From Candidatus Shapirobacteria bacterium (GTDB lineage Bacteria > Patescibacteriota > Microgenomatia > UBA12405 > UBA6130): 54,146 bases of DNA. The notes below the pieces were generated by a model, which searched no databases, was not told the DNA's origin, and worked only from the letters and a program-made list of their open reading frames with translations. Each line of letters opens with the position of its first letter. Within the stretch, counting starts at the first letter, position 1. The stretch is taken from assembly GCA_027039485.1 (NCBI GenBank), contig JALWDZ010000005.1, forward strand, positions 1 to 54,146, in the 5' to 3' direction. The position numbers and the translations under genes were made by a program. Shown one piece after another: positions 48,578-54,146 of the stretch.

Positions 48578-49808
48578 GATTGAGAGTCGCCAAGAACTCG
48601 GCGTTGTTTTTGGTTTTGGCTAACTTTTGTAAAAAGGCCTCGGTGCGCTCATCCTTGTTTAGCAAATCCACCATCCGCCGCATCCGGACAATTTGAGGAT
48701 AAATTTTCGGGTCAAAAAGTAATTCCTCTTTCCGGGTTCCTGATCGCTGGATGTCAATCGCCGGGAAAATGCGCCGTTCTGCTAAATGGCGATCGAGATG
48801 AATCTCCATATTGCCGGTCCCCTTAAACTCCTCATAGATAAGATCGTCCATCTTACTGCCGGTATCAATCAGGGTAGTGCCAATAATTGTCAGCGAGCCA
48901 CCATTTTCAATGTTCCGGGCCGCGCCAAAAAAGCGCTTGGCTGGGTAAAGGGCCGCCGGATCAAAGCCGCCACTCAGGGTCCGCCCCGAAGAAGGCATCG
49001 ACAGGTTGTAAGCCCGCGCCAACCGGGTAATGGAATCCAAAAGAATAAAGACATCTTCGCCCATTTCCACCAGGCGCTTGGCCCGCTCGATGGCAATTTC
49101 CGCCGCCCGGGTCTGGTATTCCGGCGGTTCGTCAAAATTAGAGGCGATAACTTCACCTTTGACGCTGCGGATAATATCAGTCACCTCTTCGGGCCGTTCG
49201 CCAATCAAAACAGCCATCAGGTGCACTTTAGGGTAATTTTTGGCCACCCCATAGGCAATGTCTTTCATCAGCCAGGTCTTTCCTGCCTTGGGTGGGGAAA
49301 CAATCAGGCCCCGCTGGCCAAAACCAATCGGAGCAATCAAGTCAACCATCCGGGCGGCCAACAACTTTTGTTCCGTTTCCAATTTAATTTGCGGCTGGGG
49401 GAAAATTGGCGTCAACTGGCTAAACCAAGGGCGCGCCTTAACTTTTTCTACCGGCTGGCCGTTTATCTTTTCAATTTTCAAAATACTCCGGTAACGCTCG
49501 TTATCTTTTGGCGCCCGCACTTGGCCGCCGACCAAATCGCCTTCCCGCAATTGGAAGCGGCGAATCTGGGAAGCGGAAATATAAACATCACCCGGCGAGG
49601 GGGTAAACTTAGGCCGCAAAAAGCCATGGCCATCATTGGCAATATCTAAAACGCCTTCAACAAACTCTGTTGGCAAATGGCTGTCGGGAATGATCCGGCC
49701 GTCAACTTCAACCAGCTTTTCTGGCTCTTCGTTGGCCGGGGCTTTTTTAACTGGGGCCGACTTTTGGGGCAAATCGTCGGCGGTGATAAAGGTAGCATTA
49801 TCGCTCAT
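48570..49808 (-). CDS. rho: Transcription termination factor Rho
   Basis: [60 protein letters not shown]. Confidence 0.97.
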   Translation of the reverse strand: MSDNATFITADDLPQKSAPVKKAPANEEPEKLVEVDGRIIPDSHLPTEFVEGVLDIANDGHGFLRPKFTPSPGDVYISASQIRRFQLREGDLVGGQVRAPKDNERYRSILKIEKINGQPVEKVKARPWFSQLTPIFPQPQIKLETEQKLLAARMVDLIAPIGFGQRGLIVSPPKAGKTWLMKDIAYGVAKNYPKVHLMAVLIGERPEEVTDIIRSVKGEVIASNFDEPPEYQTRAAEIAIERAKRLVEMGEDVFILLDSITRLARAYNLSMPSSGRTLSGGFDPAALYPAKRFFGAARNIENGGSLTIIGTTLIDTGSKMDDLIYEEFKGTGNMEIHLDRHLAERRIFPAIDIQRSGTRKEELLFDPKIYPQIVRMRRMVDLLNKDERTEAFLQKLAKTKNNAEFLATLNHG

Positions 49809-49896
49809 GCGGATTCTCCTTAAAAATTAACGGGTTTAAGACAACACCGAGGGCATGATCACCAATATTTAACCACACCCTCGGCTGGCTGTCAAA

Positions 49897-50304
49897 TGGA
49901 ACTTGGAACTCGGTATTCCGTCACCCCGAGGGGCGGATGCATGAAAAAGGAAACCGGGGCATCAGGTTAACTCTCTTTTTTTTCTTTCTCTTTCTCTTTT
50001 TTTCTTTCCCTGTTATTCTGATCTCTGATTCTCTTTCCCTGATTACCTGATTTTTCCTGATATTCTATATTATTTAATCTTCTTCTCTTTACTAAGTTCT
50101 GAGCTCCGAGCTCCAAGCTCTGAATTCCGAGTTCTAAGCTCTAAGTTCTAAGTTCTGAATATCTAGGATTTGGGTCATTAGAATTTAGAATTTGCTTGAC
50201 CTAGTTCCTAGCTCCTCCAACCTAGCTCCATTTCAACTTTTCACTTTCCACTTCTTTTTCACTTTGCACTTTACACTTTTAATTTTTCCTAGTCCCTAAT
50301 TCCA
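49897..50304. repeat. Composite intergenic repeat island E
   Basis: gcatgaaaaaggaaacc identical to island C; CT-rich expansion; CCTGAT array; AG(T/C)TC heptamers; inverted CCTAAAT module; CCTAG heptamers and pyrimidine tract. Confidence 0.9.
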
Positions 50305-50305
50305 A

Positions 50306-52291
50306 TCACGGTGTCGGGCTGACGGTGATTTGGGGCGCTGCTTCCCGGGAAAGCTGAATTGGGGTCACCACCGGGCTGGGCACCGGGGTTGGCAACGAAA
50401 GCTGTTTCGGCTTAGCTGCTTTGCTCGTTTCCTTCGTCTTTTTCCCCAATAACTTTTGCCATTCTTCAAGTTCCTTCTTAGCTTTTTGGTAATCCGGGCT
50501 GTTGACGTCAACCAAAGATACTGCCTGCTTTAACCGTTGAACCGCCGCCGCCAGCTTTTTCTGCTGCTTCAATGACCAGGCCCAATTGTACCAGCCATTA
50601 GCCCAATCGGGTTTCAAATTAACTGCCGCCTGAAAAATCCGCTCCGCTTGGTCATATTGGCCCAAACTATAATAAATACCTCCCAATCTCAGCCGCAGGC
50701 GGGGATCCAAGGGATTAAGGCTAATTGTTTGTTGGTAGGCGGCTATGGCCCATTGGTCAGCCCCCTTTGCCAAATTAATGAGCTGCCGGTAAGTTTGGGC
50801 TAAATTTTGCCAGGCTAAAAAGCTGCGCGGCTCTAGCGCCACTCCGGCCTTAGCCTCAGCGATAGCCTCCTGGACCAATGCCGTTAAAGTTTGTTTATCT
50901 TTATCGTTAAGATCTTTCCCCTGTCGGACTAAAGCCGCTACCAAAGCTAGGTCTGTCTGGCTCCGCCCCAACCGATAGGCTAAAACAAACCGGTTATAGC
51001 GGACAGCTTGCCGCTGAAATCGATAAGCCGCGGTGCCATCATTGCGATTAATAGCCGCCAAAGACTTAACAAACCAATATTCGGCAATTAAGCCTCGCCC
51101 CAAGAAGTAACCCAAGCCAGCGACTAGCAGCACCGTTCCTAAGGCAATACCCCGCCGGGCCCATTCCGGCCAATTCGCCTTTATCTCTCTTTCGGAGACT
51201 AACAAACTAGCTAAGAAAACTAACAGCCAAAGCAAAACCGGCCCCATCGGCAATGCCAGCTCTACGACTATTAAGAAAAGCAGGATCCAGCTAAGAGGGC
51301 TACCCTTTTGCTGCCGCCAAAGCCGCCAGACGGCGATCAGGAACCAGGCCCAGAAAACTAGACCCAAAAGGCCAATTTCCGTCCAAATATGGAACCAAAG
51401 GTTTGCCGGTTGGGAAAAAAGCAAATTCCAATTCTTGCTCTGATTGAATTGTAACGGCCGGTAGGCAGCAAAAGCATTGCTAAAATTAGCCGGACCAACT
51501 CCAAAAAGCGGCTTATTTTTCAAACTTTCCACAGCAATTGCCCAGGACGGCTGAAAACCCAAGAGTTGCGGCCGGTGTTGGTAAAGCTGGTAAGCCTCGA
51601 CGCCCCCGCCAACAAGAAAAACAAAAGCCAACCCTAAGGCAATTAGGTTAGTCTTTTGCCAAAGGCGGTGCTCATTTTGGCGGCCAACGCTAACTAATTT
51701 TTGGAGCCAGAAAAGAAAAAGGGCGGCTAGAAAAACTAAAGTCATCAGGGCCGAACCCAAAGGTGACCAAAAAGGCCCGCCGATTACAAAAGGATGGGCT
51801 GCACCCAAAACATGAAGGGGATAGAACTTTGGCGGCAAAACAAAAAGAGTTATTGTCACTAGCGCCAGCAAAAGGCCGGCGGCGCTTAAAACGGCCATTA
51901 CTTTTTGCAGCTGGCGGCGCCAACCAGTTTGCCAGAAAAGAAAGACAAAGATAAGGCTCAAGGCAATAACCCACCAGGGGTTCACCTCCCAAAGACTGCG
52001 GACCCGCACCCCGCTGCCGGCCAAAAACCAACTTATTAAACCCCAAATTACCAAAAGTAAAAGAGGAGTTAGGTTACGAGGAAGAAAAACCTTCCTTTCC
52101 CCCTCTAAAAATCCCAATCCCCAAACCAAAAGGCCCAAGAGGTCAATTGCCATTAAGAAAACTAATTTTCCGCCCAAAATAGGCTGCCGCAACCAGGGCC
52201 AGAAGAAGAGGGGCAAAAGGAAAAGCGCCAATCCCATTAAGCCAAAAAGAATTTGGTCGGCCAGCAATTTTTTCTCTTTTATTAATTCCAT
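50306..52291 (-). CDS. O-antigen-ligase-like membrane protein with C-terminal TPR domain
   Basis: About 12 TM helices, PLFGVGPANF, N..FHIWTEIGLLG, TPR repeats, PT-rich tail. Confidence 0.75.
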   Translation of the reverse strand: MELIKEKKLLADQILFGLMGLALFLLPLFFWPWLRQPILGGKLVFLMAIDLLGLLVWGLGFLEGERKVFLPRNLTPLLLLVIWGLISWFLAGSGVRVRSLWEVNPWWVIALSLIFVFLFWQTGWRRQLQKVMAVLSAAGLLLALVTITLFVLPPKFYPLHVLGAAHPFVIGGPFWSPLGSALMTLVFLAALFLFWLQKLVSVGRQNEHRLWQKTNLIALGLAFVFLVGGGVEAYQLYQHRPQLLGFQPSWAIAVESLKNKPLFGVGPANFSNAFAAYRPLQFNQSKNWNLLFSQPANLWFHIWTEIGLLGLVFWAWFLIAVWRLWRQQKGSPLSWILLFLIVVELALPMGPVLLWLLVFLASLLVSEREIKANWPEWARRGIALGTVLLVAGLGYFLGRGLIAEYWFVKSLAAINRNDGTAAYRFQRQAVRYNRFVLAYRLGRSQTDLALVAALVRQGKDLNDKDKQTLTALVQEAIAEAKAGVALEPRSFLAWQNLAQTYRQLINLAKGADQWAIAAYQQTISLNPLDPRLRLRLGGIYYSLGQYDQAERIFQAAVNLKPDWANGWYNWAWSLKQQKKLAAAVQRLKQAVSLVDVNSPDYQKAKKELEEWQKLLGKKTKETSKAAKPKQLSLPTPVPSPVVTPIQLSREAAPQITVSPTP

Positions 52292-52357
52292 TGCTTCTTT
52301 CAGTGTAGAACGCTTTTTTATTCCCGTCAAGGGCCACCATGTTAAAATAGGAAACTA

Positions 52358-52428
52358 GGCCCGGTGGCGAAGTGGCAACGCAGCGGTCTGCAAAACCGCG
52401 ACCGCGGGTTCGAATCCCGCCCGGGCCT
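52358..52428 (+). tRNA. tRNA-Cys(GCA), CCA not encoded
   Basis: Acceptor ggcccgg/ccgggcc plus U73, anticodon arm gcggt-ctgcaaa-accgc, T arm gcggg-ttcgaat-cccgc. Confidence 0.95.
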
Positions 52429-52433
52429 CATAT

Positions 52434-52815
52434 TGGAACTCGGTATTCGGAGCTTAGAACTCAGAACTTAGAACTTAGTAAGAAGAAGATTAAATAATAA
52501 TGTAGAATATCAGGAAAAATCAGGTAATCAGGGAAAGAGGATCAGAAACCAAAAGAACAGGGAAAGTTAACCTGATACCCTGGTTCCCTTTCTAAGGGTC
52601 CTTCTCCTCATCATTAGATAACCTAGCTCCATTTCATTCGGGATGACACATTGCTAAGCTCCGAGTTCCAAGCTCTAAGCTCCAATAACCTAGTTCCTAG
52701 CTCCTAGTTCCTAGTTCCCTTTTTCCCTTTCCACTTAAACTTTTCACTTTCTGAGTTCCGAGTTCCAAATTCCGAGTTCCAAATTCCGAGTTCCGAGTTC
52801 TAAGTTCTGAGCTCC
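52434..52815. repeat. Composite intergenic repeat island F
   Basis: AGAACTT heptamers on the left and their complements on the right; 52503-52546 is a 43/44 inverted match to 50024-50067; CCTAG heptamers. Confidence 0.9.
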
Positions 52816-52842
52816 GTTGTTTCCGTCTGTTATAATAATGGT

Positions 52843-53667
52843 ATGCAACGGGCACGAGCAGTTCCTAAATTAGAGCGATTGACCCGAAAGTTGCGCCGGC
52901 AAGTTTTGGATCTCATCTACCAAACCAAAGTTGGCCATCTGGCAGGCAGCCTTTCGAGCCTAGAAATTTTGGTCAGCCTCTACTTTGGCGGCATTTTGCG
53001 CTACAATGCCCGCGAGCCCCAATGGCCCGAGCGAGACCGGCTTATTGTCTCCGCCGGCCATCTCGCCCCGGCCGTTTATTCTGTCCTCGCCGCCGCCCGC
53101 TTTTTCCCCCGCCAGCAGTTGAAAAATCTTGGCCAGCTCCGCTCGCGTTTCTCAACCCACGTCCTCCGCCGTGTTCCCGGCGTTGAGTACTCTTCTGGTT
53201 TGTTAGGCCAAGGCCTAGGCGTTTCCGTGGGGTTGGCCTTAGCTCTTCGGGAAACCCGGAGCCGAGTTTTTTGCCTGATGACCGACGGTGAACAACAAGA
53301 AGGAGCAGTTTGGGAAGCGGCTATGGCCGCTGCCAAATACCGGCTTGGTAACCTGGTGGCTATTATTGACGCCAACCAGATCCAAATCGACGGCTTGGTT
53401 GACGAAATTATGCCTCTAGAAAACTTGCGTCTAAAATACGAGGCCTTTGGCTGGCGCGTTTTTGAAGCTGAAGGTAATGACTTCCGCCGCCTAATTCCTG
53501 CCTTTAGCCAAGCTTTAGAAAGCCGCCACCAACCGGCCCTCGTTCTCGCCCGCACCGTAGCCGGCAATGGCATCGCTAGCTTAGAAAACAATCCTTATTG
53601 GCACAGCCACATCCCTACCCCAAGCGAATACCAGCAAGCTGTTAGTGATTGGCAGCAATCAATATGA
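52843..53667 (+). CDS. Transketolase, N-terminal (TPP-binding) subunit
   Basis: GHLAGSLS, DRLIVSAGH, GLLGQGL, DGEQQEGAVWEA...N, WH. Confidence 0.92.
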   Translation: MQRARAVPKLERLTRKLRRQVLDLIYQTKVGHLAGSLSSLEILVSLYFGGILRYNAREPQWPERDRLIVSAGHLAPAVYSVLAAARFFPRQQLKNLGQLRSRFSTHVLRRVPGVEYSSGLLGQGLGVSVGLALALRETRSRVFCLMTDGEQQEGAVWEAAMAAAKYRLGNLVAIIDANQIQIDGLVDEIMPLENLRLKYEAFGWRVFEAEGNDFRRLIPAFSQALESRHQPALVLARTVAGNGIASLENNPYWHSHIPTPSEYQQAVSDWQQSI

Positions 53668-54146
53668 AAAATCAAGCCACCCGTGACGGTTTTGGTCAGG
53701 CAATTTGCCAACTGATGGCCCAAGACAAGAAAATTGTCGTTGTCACCGCTGATTTGCGCAGCTCAACCCGGGTGGCTGACTGCGCCGAAAAATTTCCCCA
53801 GCGGTTTTTTGAGGTTGGCGTGGCCGAACAAAATTTAGCTCTGGTTGCCGCCGGCTTAGCTTTGGGAGGCAAAACTGTTTTTGCTACCTCCTTCGCCTGT
53901 TTCTCGCCGGCCATCAACTGGGCCCAAATTCGTCAATCAATTTGCTTTAACCGCCTCAATGTCAAAATTGTTGGCAGCCATGCTGGCTTGGCCACCGGCC
54001 CCGATGGCGCTACCCACCAATCACTAGAAGATTTTGCCTTGACTTTGCCCTTACCCCACCTGACCGTCACTAGCGCCAGTGACGCCCAAGAAGCCCAAGA
54101 ATTAACCGCTTTCCTGGCCAACCATCCCGGCCCGGCCTATTTGCGC
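53664..54146 (+). CDS. Transketolase, C-terminal subunit (partial, runs off the window)
   Basis: Manual translation MKNQATRDGFG...ADL...RFFEVGVAEQN...GPDGATHQSLED...GPAYLR; ATGA overlap. Confidence 0.92.
   Translation, partial: MKNQATRDGFGQAICQLMAQDKKIVVVTADLRSSTRVADCAEKFPQRFFEVGVAEQNLALVAAGLALGGKTVFATSFACFSPAINWAQIRQSICFNRLNVKIVGSHAGLATGPDGATHQSLEDFALTLPLPHLTVTSASDAQEAQELTAFLANHPGPAYLR

Noticed and set aside
48786-49649. 287-aa ORF antisense to rho, and similar antisense ORFs over groL, the VanW gene and the ATP-grasp gene
   Set aside because: They are fully antisense to conserved genes, have no recognisable motifs, and are explained by codon bias.
49847-49884. ccgaggg...ccctcgg inverted repeat upstream of rho as an attenuator
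   Set aside because: The stem is only 7 bp with a long loop and overlaps the putative promoter; support is insufficient.
52358-52815. Prophage or integrative element at tRNA-Cys
   Set aside because: There is no integrase, no duplicated tRNA 3' end and no phage gene in the window.

Overview
A gene-dense chromosomal segment, most likely from a Patescibacteria (CPR) bacterium of Microgenomates type; this is inferred from gene content, split/short genes and the divergent 16S. It uses genetic code 11. It encodes DNA repair enzymes (two UvrD-family helicases, family-4 UDG, a stand-alone 5'-3' exonuclease), a large cell-envelope glycosylation cluster, pilN/pilO, murJ, the heat-shock genes hsp20 and groES/groL with CIRCE-like operators, eno, rho, trxB, rpsT, rpmH-rnpA, a split transketolase, two tRNAs and a solitary 16S rRNA gene. 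The most unusual feature is non-coding. Six 260-550 bp intergenic islands are assembled from one shared kit of 7-9-bp-period arrays and GC-rich palindromes. Two pairs of islands bracket ordinary genes as inverted repeats. One module clearly matches a ~195-nt ORF-less hairpin inside the 16S rRNA (about helix 9), and two more modules have short matches to helices 6 and 40. Secondary signals: beta-clamp-like motifs on three repair enzymes, a possible polyprenyl-phosphoribose/GT-C surface glycosylation pathway, a two-gene ATP-grasp/protease/7TM module, pervasive leaderless promoters and an atypical CAT-anticodon tRNA. All calls come from reading the sequence by eye; no searches were run.
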